Shown: in pieces, positions 8,700 to 16,428 of the stretch
How the letters are laid out: each line of letters opens with the position of its first letter
Position numbering within the stretch: position 1 is the first letter of the stretch
IMG/VR virus record: IMGVR_UViG_3300008005_000044
Span: 1-34,182 of that record
DNA length: 34,182 nucleotides
Reading direction: 5' to 3' (one strand)
Source: a virus
Taxonomy: Duplodnaviria > Caudoviricetes
Translations under genes and position numbers: made by a program
The notes under the pieces: model-generated
What the model saw: the letters and a program-made list of their open reading frames with translations, nothing else
Told to the model about the DNA's origin: nothing
Database searches by the model: none

Positions 8700-9662
8700 T
8701 TAGCCGAGGATGGTCGTGAGCACCTGAACATTCTCGGGGATCGGCACCCAGAAGTTCGAGCTCTCGCGCGCGCGCAAGTAGGTATCCTCGGTGTCGATGT
8801 CGTCAAAGCTGTCGTAACGCAAGTCGCGACCGCTTTGGATAAAGCGCTTGATCGCGCCAGGCCTGAACACCGCGAAGGTGCCCGAGAAGAACTCGGCCTG
8901 GTCGTAGGCGACCTCGCGCGAGCCGTCGTGGTAGTAGTGGCGCCCGATGATCACGCGGTCTAAACCCATGCCCATCAGGTTATCAAGCAGCTCATCGTAG
9001 CCGATGATCTCGACGCCCTGGCCAGCGTTGCGGCTGGTCAGCTGGGGATGGCGGCGCAGCGCATCGGCCACGTCACGACCCATGATGCAGACGTTGCCAC
9101 CGCCCGAGTCGCGCACCATCTTGGTGATGATGGCGTCGACGTCGGAGTAGTCAACCCAGTCGTTGCCGACAGTACCGTAGTAGTTAAACTTCTCGGTGGT
9201 GCCAAGGATGCGCGTCTGCACATCCGTGCCCTCGTCGGCCACGCCTTGACCCTTAAGCAGCGCCTCAAGGTCAAGCTCTTTGGTCGTCAAGACGTTGAAG
9301 CCGCAGCGGTCCTTGAGGATCTCCTCAAGCTCCATCGTGTATTCTTCGGCCTCAACCGCCGTGATCTCGTTGAGCCCTTCAGCCCACTTGTCATGCTTGA
9401 TGACGTAGGGGCGCGTGCTCATCTCGCTGTTGCCCTTGGGCGTGGGCTGGCCCTTGGCGACGCGCGTCGCGCGTGAGGGGTTGACGGCGCCGACGCGCCC
9501 CTGCTGGAGCTCCATGACGGGAGCGGTGCCTTTGGTCACGTTGACCGGCTTGACGGGGAAGAGCTCGGGGCGGCGGTAGATGAACTGGTCAAAGGTTGCG
9601 CGGTGCTCGGCAAAAAGTTCATCGAGCACGGGCTGAGGGATAGAGCCACTATCAAAGGCCAT
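8700..9662 (-). CDS. Major capsid protein (320 aa)
   Basis: Size and position after the scaffold and decoration genes; IMGRDVADALRRHPQL motif typical of HK97-fold capsids. Confidence 0.88.
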   Translation of the reverse strand: MAFDSGSIPQPVLDELFAEHRATFDQFIYRRPELFPVKPVNVTKGTAPVMELQQGRVGAVNPSRATRVAKGQPTPKGNSEMSTRPYVIKHDKWAEGLNEITAVEAEEYTMELEEILKDRCGFNVLTTKELDLEALLKGQGVADEGTDVQTRILGTTEKFNYYGTVGNDWVDYSDVDAIITKMVRDSGGGNVCIMGRDVADALRRHPQLTSRNAGQGVEIIGYDELLDNLMGMGLDRVIIGRHYYHDGSREVAYDQAEFFSGTFAVFRPGAIKRFIQSGRDLRYDSFDDIDTEDTYLRARESSNFWVPIPENVQVLTTILG

Positions 9663-9739
9663 GAGTGTATCCTCACTAAAGAGCCCGTGCTAAAGGCCGG
9701 GCGAGTCCATGGATCTGCTAAGGAAGAGGAAGAGGGCGC

Positions 9740-10165
9740 TTACGCGCCGTCGAGCGGGATGCGTGGCAGCAGCGCCAACTCGATCTTGATGTAGGTCGCG
9801 CGGCTGCTGACGATGGCCGTGCCCACCTCAAGCGCGAAGCCGACGGTCTCAGTGACCTGCGCGCCTCCAGCGAGCTGCTTGGTGACCTGGCCCGAGGCGT
9901 TGATGGTCAAGGCGTCGAGCTTGGCGATGGTCGCATCAGCACACTCGACATCAGTTGGGCCAAAGGTCGGGATGAAGGCGCTGTCGCCCTCCTCGACCGT
10001 CTCTTGTGCGACGCCGATGGCGACATCAGCGTCGCCAGCTGCGGTGCACGCGATGACCTTGCCTGCGTCGCCGCCCGAGCCGAGCTTGACGAAGCGGCCC
10101 TTGACGATCCCGCCCGTGCCGACGACATAGCGCTCACCGCGCTGAAGATTGGCGTAGTTGCCCAT
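9740..10165 (-). CDS. Capsid decoration/cement protein (DUF2190-like, 141 aa)
   Basis: Start reassigned to ATG 10165 (GAGG RBS). Gly/Ala/Val-rich: GRFVKL...AIGVAQE...VGFALE. Confidence 0.75.
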   Translation of the reverse strand: MGNYANLQRGERYVVGTGGIVKGRFVKLGSGGDAGKVIACTAAGDADVAIGVAQETVEEGDSAFIPTFGPTDVECADATIAKLDALTINASGQVTKQLAGGAQVTETVGFALEVGTAIVSSRATYIKIELALLPRIPLDGA

Positions 10166-10175
10166 GATGAACCTC

Positions 10176-10203
10176 AAAACAAAGGGCGCCACGATGGGCG
10201 CCC
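10176..10203 (-). terminator. Terminator/attenuator-like hairpin between scaffold and decoration genes
   Basis: GGGCGCC-6 nt-GGCGCCC followed by TTTGTTTT on the minus strand. Confidence 0.45.
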
Positions 10204-10239
10204 GTAAGGGGAGTGAACGAAGCCAGGCTTGGTGTGAGC

Positions 10240-11235
10240 TTAGCGCTTTTGGTAGGCGATGACGGCCGCGCGGCCAGTAAGCCCGGAGGTCTTCTTGAAC
10301 TTCTCGAAGCCCTCGCTCGCCGCCAGCTGTGTCGGCGCGCTCTTGGGCGCTTGACCGCTTCGCTCTTGCGTATTGAGCGGCTGACCGGTGACGAACGTGC
10401 GCATCATCCCCTCAAGCTTATCCAACTGCGCTTTAAGTCCCTCGCTCGCCGCCAGCTGTGTCGGGGCGCCGCCCGCTGCCCCCGTGGCAGCGGGCGCCTC
10501 ACCGGCCTGGACCGCTGGGGTTTCGGGTGTCTCAGGCGTCTCAGTCTCTTCTTCTTCGCCGTTCATCTTGGCGCTCATCTCGTCGATGAGCTCCATCATG
10601 GGCGCCATCGCCTGAGCCACTGCGGTGGCGGTCGCCTCGGCGATCGCCTTGATCTCTTCTGGTGTAAGCATCTCGTGCTCCGTTTGAGGCTCGGCCATCT
10701 TGAGGCTAAGCGTGTCTTGAATGCGCCCAATGGTCTTAAAGCGCGGCCTGGACGTGACGCTGAGCTCGCGCACCATCACGCCGAAGGTCATCCCATCTGA
10801 GGTGACCAGGTCGCCAATATGGATCGAGACGTACTGCGCCTCGCCGGCCTCAATCGAAGCCCACTGCGCGTCGGTCCAGCGATTGAGCAGCCAAATGCCG
10901 CGCTTGCCGTCGATGTCAGCAAAGCGGACATCGAGAAGATTGCCGCGTCTGTGGCCAAGCTCCTCGGGCTTAAGGTGCTCGGCAGTGATGGGAAGCTGAT
11001 AAGGCGAGCCGCCTTCGGGCGCAGTGGCCTCAAAGTGCTTCATCGCGCGCTTGGTCTCGCGCACGACGGCTTGAGCGAACTCGTCGTCAATAAAGTAATG
11101 CTCGTACTGCTTGGTCTCGTCGTCCCAGCGCACAAGCGGTCCCACAGGCATCGCAAACGCCCACGACACACCAGCCTCGCCACCTTGTAGCAACTCGACT
11201 GGGTTGGCTTCAGCAGCGGCTAAGATCATGCTCAT
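10240..11235 (-). CDS. Prohead protease/scaffold protein (Mu I-like, 331 aa)
   Basis: LPITAEH, WTDAQWASIEAGEAQYVS and LSVTSRP motifs resemble Mu-type proteases; acidic low-complexity scaffold C-terminus. Confidence 0.82.
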   Translation of the reverse strand: MSMILAAAEANPVELLQGGEAGVSWAFAMPVGPLVRWDDETKQYEHYFIDDEFAQAVVRETKRAMKHFEATAPEGGSPYQLPITAEHLKPEELGHRRGNLLDVRFADIDGKRGIWLLNRWTDAQWASIEAGEAQYVSIHIGDLVTSDGMTFGVMVRELSVTSRPRFKTIGRIQDTLSLKMAEPQTEHEMLTPEEIKAIAEATATAVAQAMAPMMELIDEMSAKMNGEEEETETPETPETPAVQAGEAPAATGAAGGAPTQLAASEGLKAQLDKLEGMMRTFVTGQPLNTQERSGQAPKSAPTQLAASEGFEKFKKTSGLTGRAAVIAYQKR

Positions 11236-12650
11236 GTCGTCACCTCAGTGCTCAGGCCGAGCTGCTCGCGCACCGTGCGCTCATCATCATCGTTCCACGT
11301 AATCAGCTCGCCTTGCTTTGCGATCGCGACAGACTGAAACCACTTGTGATCTCGGATCGTTCGGTTCAGCGCGTACTTGAGCTGCGGATAACGCCCGTCG
11401 ATTGGCACCCCAAAGCGGGCATCAACCATCTTGCGGACGACGCCCTGATGGGCGATGCCGCGCGAGCCGTTGATCGCCGAGCAGATGCGGCGCGCTTGGG
11501 CGGGTGCGGCGCGCAGCGACTTGTTATCCGTGACGTCTGCGAGCGCCAAAGAGCCGACGCCATCTTGACCAAGCAGGGCGCCTTCGCCGTGCAAGGTCAT
11601 CGCGATCTGCTCGTCACAGTAGCGCTTGATCGGCTCAAAGTCGGGCATCTGGCCTTGAGGACTAATCAGCTCGAACTTGCGCCCGTCCGGCATCTCAAAC
11701 ACAGCCATGTCTTCGGCGACGAGCTGCGAGACGACGCGCGTCAGGTAGTCGCTATCGCCTGAGTCCTTGGCGCCATCGCTCGTGATGACAAAGATCAGCC
11801 CGCCGTACTTCTCGCCAGCAAGCGCCTCAAGACGATCGAGCATCGCTTTGACTTCGATGTACTTGGCGACAGGCCGAAGCGGGCTGTTGCCCTCGAAGTC
11901 CATGCCAAACGAGTTATGCGAGATGATGAGCAGGTGATGCGCAGGGACGAGCACTTCTTTGCGACCGCTAGGGCCTGCGAGCTTGGCCGCGAGCAGCTTG
12001 CTGTTGTCGTGTGAGACGACCCACTCGACGACCTGTTTGGGATAGCGGAATGCGAGCTTATCAATGGCAAGCGTGCGCGCATCGTAGACAGTCTCAAAGA
12101 TCGCGAAGCCCGCGATCAACGCATACAGCGCATCGGTCAAAAACTGATCCCATCCGCCCGTAATGCCAAAAAGCGCGGCCTCGACGAACTCGGCCTCGGG
12201 CTTGCGGCCCTCGACAGGCTCGACCCACCACTCTCCGCCCATAAGCGCATCAAGGAGGTTGACCCACGGGCGCTGCACTTGGATCTCGCTGCGCCACATC
12301 TCTTCATAGATGCCGTGGCGCGTGCGGTTTCCGCGCACGCTCAATGGGTGATAGATGGGCTTCTGCTCTTTGTAGTGCAGAATGCCCGAGGTGCCGTAGT
12401 CGTTGCCGTCCTGGCCGAGCTCCTCAGTCGGGAGCAGGCCGAGACGATCGGCGAGCTGATAGCGCAGTTCAAGGTTGTCGTTGGCAGCAAGAGCGCCAAC
12501 CATGTCGCGCACGCCGAGGCTTCGCGTGAGCTCAAGCAGATCCATCTCGCGCGTTGGCGTCTCGGCTGCCTCGGTCGCAGTCAGCGCCACATGCAGACCG
12601 GGCGCCCCCTTGCGCTTGATCACATGTACTTTCATCGCTGACTTGCTCAT
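11232..12650 (-). CDS. Portal protein (DUF935/Mu gp29-like)
   Basis: ALIAGFAIFETVY, FEGNSPLRPV, RYCDEQIA and GVGSLALADV motifs; follows the terminase. Confidence 0.9.
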   Translation of the reverse strand: MSKSAMKVHVIKRKGAPGLHVALTATEAAETPTREMDLLELTRSLGVRDMVGALAANDNLELRYQLADRLGLLPTEELGQDGNDYGTSGILHYKEQKPIYHPLSVRGNRTRHGIYEEMWRSEIQVQRPWVNLLDALMGGEWWVEPVEGRKPEAEFVEAALFGITGGWDQFLTDALYALIAGFAIFETVYDARTLAIDKLAFRYPKQVVEWVVSHDNSKLLAAKLAGPSGRKEVLVPAHHLLIISHNSFGMDFEGNSPLRPVAKYIEVKAMLDRLEALAGEKYGGLIFVITSDGAKDSGDSDYLTRVVSQLVAEDMAVFEMPDGRKFELISPQGQMPDFEPIKRYCDEQIAMTLHGEGALLGQDGVGSLALADVTDNKSLRAAPAQARRICSAINGSRGIAHQGVVRKMVDARFGVPIDGRYPQLKYALNRTIRDHKWFQSVAIAKQGELITWNDDDERTVREQLGLSTEVTT

Positions 12651-13957
12651 CAAAACCTCTTGAGTCGCTTAAGACCGGCGTGGGTCGCCTTCGCACTGCG
12701 CAGCTCGTCGGCGCCCTTGGCGACAGGCGCCGCATAGCTATCGGCCCACGCGTACAGCGTGGCGTAAAATAAGTCAGCGTGACCTTGGCCGTCTCGACGA
12801 GCTCGCCACATCTGCTTGCCGCTGATAGACAGCTGCTTGCTGATCTTGCCAAACGCGCCGACTAAGCGCGGATCCCGAGGCAGGAACAGCTTGCCTTGCT
12901 CGCCAGCGCGCTTGAGCGCGGGGATCGCCTCGGCGTAGTAGCCCTCGGTCACACTCAAACGCTGCACCATCTGGCGCCCGTAGTGGTGCGCCAAGAAGTC
13001 TGCCAAGCCCGAGCCCTCGCCGCGCGCATCGACGATGACGCGCTGCGGCTCGGTCTCGTCGATGACCTCGCGCATGTGCTCAAACTGCGCGACATGGTCC
13101 ATACCTCGCGCCAGCAGATCCCAGCGCCCAAGGCCCGCGCGCTCATCGGCGCGCAGGATCTCGGAGTAGGCCGAGCGGTCATTGATGCGGCCCACGTCCA
13201 TACCCAGCGACGAGGCGCCCTCAAGCACCGGCTCGGCACCCCAGCATCGGCGCATCCAGTCGTGGCCAAAGTAGCGATCGCTGTCACCGACAAACGCGCA
13301 CTCAAACTCTTGCGCCCAGTCCTCTTCGGTGTAGTCGGCCTTGAGCTCTAAGACGCTCTCGGGATGGCCATCGCGGATCGCGTCGTAGACGTCGACCTTG
13401 TGCAACGACCAGCCATCGTCCTTGCCCTCCTCGAAGATCGAGTAGAGTAGGCCGCGCTGGCCTAATGGCGTCGTCGAGAGCGTGATGCGCAGCTTGGGCT
13501 CAGAGCTAATCGACGGCGCGATGCCTTTCCAGACGTCGCGCGGGTTGAGGTAGTGGTCGCACTCATCCAGATAAAGCGAGCCCGTACGACCTCGGACAGC
13601 ACCAGCTCGGCAGGGCAACGCGATCAAGCGCGAGCCGTTGCCAAGCTCGATAAGCGTCGCGCTCTCGCGCACGATTGGCGCGCTCTTGGCGAGCAGCGGG
13701 CTAAGTAGGTGTGTAATCCTAAGCCACTTTAGGGCGCCGCGAAGCATCTCTTTGGCCGAGGTGAAGTTCACCGAGACGAAGAACACATCGCGTTTACGCG
13801 TGGTGAGCGCCTCCTGGGCGCCGTCAAACATGAGCGTCTCGCTCAGACCAATCTGGCGCGCCTTGAGCATGGCCCGCTTGCGTGAACGGTCGGTCAGGAA
13901 TCGCACCTGATAGCGGCGCCACTGCCAGCCTATGGAGCTAAACGTTGCCTCATTCAT
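12650..13957 (-). CDS. terL: Terminase large subunit (Mu gp28-like, 435 aa)
   Basis: KARQIGLS (Walker A), LYLDE (Walker B), STTPLG coupling motif, GMDVGR and HAD nuclease motifs. Confidence 0.95.
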   Translation of the reverse strand: MNEATFSSIGWQWRRYQVRFLTDRSRKRAMLKARQIGLSETLMFDGAQEALTTRKRDVFFVSVNFTSAKEMLRGALKWLRITHLLSPLLAKSAPIVRESATLIELGNGSRLIALPCRAGAVRGRTGSLYLDECDHYLNPRDVWKGIAPSISSEPKLRITLSTTPLGQRGLLYSIFEEGKDDGWSLHKVDVYDAIRDGHPESVLELKADYTEEDWAQEFECAFVGDSDRYFGHDWMRRCWGAEPVLEGASSLGMDVGRINDRSAYSEILRADERAGLGRWDLLARGMDHVAQFEHMREVIDETEPQRVIVDARGEGSGLADFLAHHYGRQMVQRLSVTEGYYAEAIPALKRAGEQGKLFLPRDPRLVGAFGKISKQLSISGKQMWRARRDGQGHADLFYATLYAWADSYAAPVAKGADELRSAKATHAGLKRLKRF

Positions 13958-14315
13958 CGTCAGGTAGCGGCTCTAGGCCAAGCAAGCGGCGAGCCTCATT
14001 CTTGGCTACCTTGGGATCGAACGAGGTCAACTCGACGCGCTGACGATCCCCGTAGTCATCGGGGAAGCGACGCGCCAAAAGCCATGCGCTCGCCTTCCAG
14101 TCTTCATTGTCGTTGATCTTCTCGACTGCCTCTTGCTCCCACTCCGCGATGGCAATCTCGACGGCTTCGGCGACTTCAGGGTCGTCATTACGCCATAGAC
14201 GTAACCACTCCGCACTGCACCCCACCTGCGCAGCTGCGCCGCGCAAAGAAGATCCGGCCTTGAGCGCCGCCTCGATGATGTAGAGATTATCGCGTGTGCG
14301 TTTATTCTCAGACAT
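13950..14315 (-). CDS. terS: Terminase small subunit (121 aa)
   Basis: Start reassigned to ATG 14315 (GAGG RBS). N-terminal HTH (SLRGAAAQVGCSAEWLRLW) and DWKASAWLLARRFP motif; overlaps terL. Confidence 0.85.
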   Translation of the reverse strand: MSENKRTRDNLYIIEAALKAGSSLRGAAAQVGCSAEWLRLWRNDDPEVAEAVEIAIAEWEQEAVEKINDNEDWKASAWLLARRFPDDYGDRQRVELTSFDPKVAKNEARRLLGLEPLPDDE

Positions 14316-14431
14316 GCGCACCTCGCGCGCGTGCGTTGGGATGACCAAAGTGACCAAGGTGATCACACGCGCCTATATAGACACAACAGCGCGCAGGCCC
14401 TGACGTGGCGCGCACCTGCGCGGCGTATGGC

Positions 14432-14719
14432 TCAGTCATGGTTTACACTCGCATCACTTGCGCCCAGATTTTGGGCGCAGGCGCACGCGCGTTTGAGAGT
14501 GCGGATCTCCGCAAGGCTGCGCGTGAGCTCCTCTTCACGCCGCGCGTAGTAGGCGGCGAGCTCTTTGACAGGCCGATACGCCTCGCGCAGCTTGAGCACA
14601 GCCGCAGCCAGCTCACGCGCACGTTGAGGCGCCGCGCTCTTGTAGCCCGCCTCAGCGCGCGCCTCGGCTTCAGTGGCGCCGCGCGCAATGGCCTGCGCGT
14701 AGGCTTGAGCTTTAGTCAT
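14432..14719 (-). CDS. Hypothetical protein with HTH-like N-terminus (95 aa)
   Basis: ATGA-coupled to the upstream gene; ARGATEAEARAEAGY resembles TerS-type HTH starts. Confidence 0.6.
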   Translation of the reverse strand: MTKAQAYAQAIARGATEAEARAEAGYKSAAPQRARELAAAVLKLREAYRPVKELAAYYARREEELTRSLAEIRTLKRACACAQNLGASDASVNHD

Positions 14720-14940
14720 CGGTTAGCTCTCCTAGCCACGCGCGCGGCTTTGGCCTTACGGCGATCGCGTCGTCTTCTGGGCTTTGGCCTGCGCTTGATT
14801 GCTGGAGCGCTTAACAGGCTTAGGCCGGGCAGTTTGCCGCAAACGATCCACGCTGAAATGTCGCGGTGCTCAAGCCCTTCGATGTAGTAGCCGTCGCGCA
14901 AAAGGCGGCATTGAACCTCAAGCTCGCTCAACCTAGTCAC
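14716..14940 (-). CDS. Hypothetical basic protein (74 aa)
   Basis: GTG at 14940 overlaps the upstream stop and has a GGAGG RBS; Arg-rich C-terminus. Confidence 0.55.
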   Translation of the reverse strand: MTRLSELEVQCRLLRDGYYIEGLEHRDISAWIVCGKLPGLSLLSAPAIKRRPKPRRRRDRRKAKAARVARRANR

Positions 14941-15191
14941 CAACCGCCCTCCCACTTGGGCAGCTCGTGCTTGACGGCCCAAGCCTTCATCGCATCAATA
15001 CCCTCGGGCGCCGAGCTGCGCGACGAATAGATGCACACCCTAAAGTGGCCGACGTACTTCGCCAGCGCTTCAAACGCGCCAGGAACCGGGGGATCAGGAA
15101 TCACATCGATCCCTTTCCAGCCGCTCTCGTAGCTGTGCAGCACCCCATCAAAGTCGAGACAGATCGTCGGCTTGTCTTGCTTCTCACTCAT
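14937..15191 (-). CDS. HAD-superfamily hydrolase-like protein, apparently C-terminally truncated (84 aa)
   Basis: Motif I (CLDFDGVLHSY) and motif II (IYSSR) are present; the Lys and DD motifs are not. Confidence 0.7.
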   Translation of the reverse strand: MSEKQDKPTICLDFDGVLHSYESGWKGIDVIPDPPVPGAFEALAKYVGHFRVCIYSSRSSAPEGIDAMKAWAVKHELPKWEGGW

Positions 15192-15585
15192 CACTCTCCA
15201 CCTTCATTCGCCACAGGCCGCACGCGGTCATCGCGTCGCCTACCGTTGTATCCACGTCAGCCGACCACTTCGCGATCGTCGTGTGGCTGACCTTCTCCCC
15301 CGTCCTCTCTCGATAGGCCGCTGCGGCCTCGCGCGTGCTCAAACGACGCACACGCACATCAGACCAGACCGCCCACCGCTCAGATGAGACGCGCCCATGC
15401 GCGCGCGTCAGCACTGTGCGGATCGCCATCCACGCATCGAGCGCCCAATGCGGCTCAGGTGGCCGCACACTCGACTGCACATGGGCAACATGAGCAGTGT
15501 GGTCTTGGGCGCGTATGCCCGAGACCAGCACGTCAAGCTCCAGATACGCGCACACGAGCGCCTCGACTGTGGGGTACCTCGCCAT
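15184..15585 (-). CDS. Putative late transcriptional regulator with sigma region 4-like HTH (133 aa)
   Basis: Start ATG 15585. C-terminal LSTREAAAAY...VSHTTIAKW; upstream of the packaging genes. Confidence 0.6.
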   Translation of the reverse strand: MARYPTVEALVCAYLELDVLVSGIRAQDHTAHVAHVQSSVRPPEPHWALDAWMAIRTVLTRAHGRVSSERWAVWSDVRVRRLSTREAAAAYRERTGEKVSHTTIAKWSADVDTTVGDAMTACGLWRMKVESDE

Positions 15586-15878
15586 CACCACACCCCCTTG
15601 AGCCGCCCACACTCGACGCACTGAGGGCCAAGGCCCCAGTCGTCGAAGGTGAAGACGCGATGATCCTTCTCGGGCGCGTGCATGTCGGTGCAGTGGCAGA
15701 TGCCGCGATCACGCAGCGCCTCGTGACGCCGACAGAAGCGGCGCCCGCGCCTTGGCGTAACCTCGACGCCAAACGAGATGGTGTAGCCATCCTCCATGTG
15801 TGCGTGGCCAGCAGGCGTCATCACAACGTCAACTAGACGGCCATCGATCTCAATAATTGGCGCCTTAAAGCTCGCCAT
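15585..15878 (-). CDS. Cys/His-rich hypothetical protein, possible Zn finger (97 aa)
   Basis: Start ATG 15878 with GGAGG RBS; CRRH, CHC and CVEC motifs. Confidence 0.6.
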   Translation of the reverse strand: MASFKAPIIEIDGRLVDVVMTPAGHAHMEDGYTISFGVEVTPRRGRRFCRRHEALRDRGICHCTDMHAPEKDHRVFTFDDWGLGPQCVECGRLKGVW

Positions 15879-16056
15879 CACCGCCCTCCTTGACCTCCCC
15901 GCCCCTAGCCTCATCTCCAGGCGCAGCCTCGATCGGCTTATGGAGCTTATCCATAAGCCAGTGGCCCAAGCGCTCCATGAGCACGCGCGCAAAGACAAGC
16001 AACGACTCCTCAAGCACGCGCCACATCACATCAGGCAGCTTACCCTTCATCGTCAT
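15865..16056 (-). CDS. Hypothetical protein (about 63 aa)
   Basis: MTMKGKLPD...; tiles between its neighbours with short overlaps. Confidence 0.5.
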   Translation of the reverse strand: MTMKGKLPDVMWRVLEESLLVFARVLMERLGHWLMDKLHKPIEAAPGDEARGGEVKEGGDGEL

Positions 16057-16141
16057 CCCCCCGCTTGCGCTGGACCCACTCCACAAACGCAACCACAGGC
16101 GCAAAGATCATAAAAGCGAGCAGCAACAACAACGCATCCAT
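16040..16141 (-). CDS. Small single-pass membrane protein (33 aa)
   Basis: Manual translation MDALLLLLAFMIFAPVVAFVEWVQRKRGDDDEG. ATG overlaps the upstream stop (TGATG) and the ORF fills the gap. Confidence 0.55.
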   Translation of the reverse strand: MDALLLLLAFMIFAPVVAFVEWVQRKRGDDDEG

Positions 16142-16428
16142 CACCCCACCCCACAGGCTTTAAGCCACAGGTCGCGCAGCTCCAGCTGCGTGACCTCGTC
16201 ACAACCAAACACCACGCCCCAAAACGCGCTCCAGAACGCGCGCTCAGGACTGCCCTCACCCTCACCTCGACGCGCCGACCCATCACGCTCTAGCCGCAGA
16301 TGCACGCGCATACGACGCTCGGCACCCGCAGGCGTCTCGAGGTCCTCGCGCTCGATGTCCACGAGCCAGTCGGCGTCCTTGAGCAGCTCAAGCAGCGCCT
16401 TGATCACGAGTGCAGCAGCAGCGCTCAT
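16141..16428 (-). CDS. Hypothetical protein (95 aa)
   Basis: ATGA-coupled to the replication gene, GGAGG RBS. Confidence 0.65.
   Translation of the reverse strand: MSAAAALVIKALLELLKDADWLVDIEREDLETPAGAERRMRVHLRLERDGSARRGEGEGSPERAFWSAFWGVVFGCDEVTQLELRDLWLKACGVG

Noticed and set aside
10240-13957. Transposable Mu-like phage
   Set aside because: Only the head genes are Mu-like. There is no DDE transposase, MuB ATPase, Mor/C or host-DNA ends.
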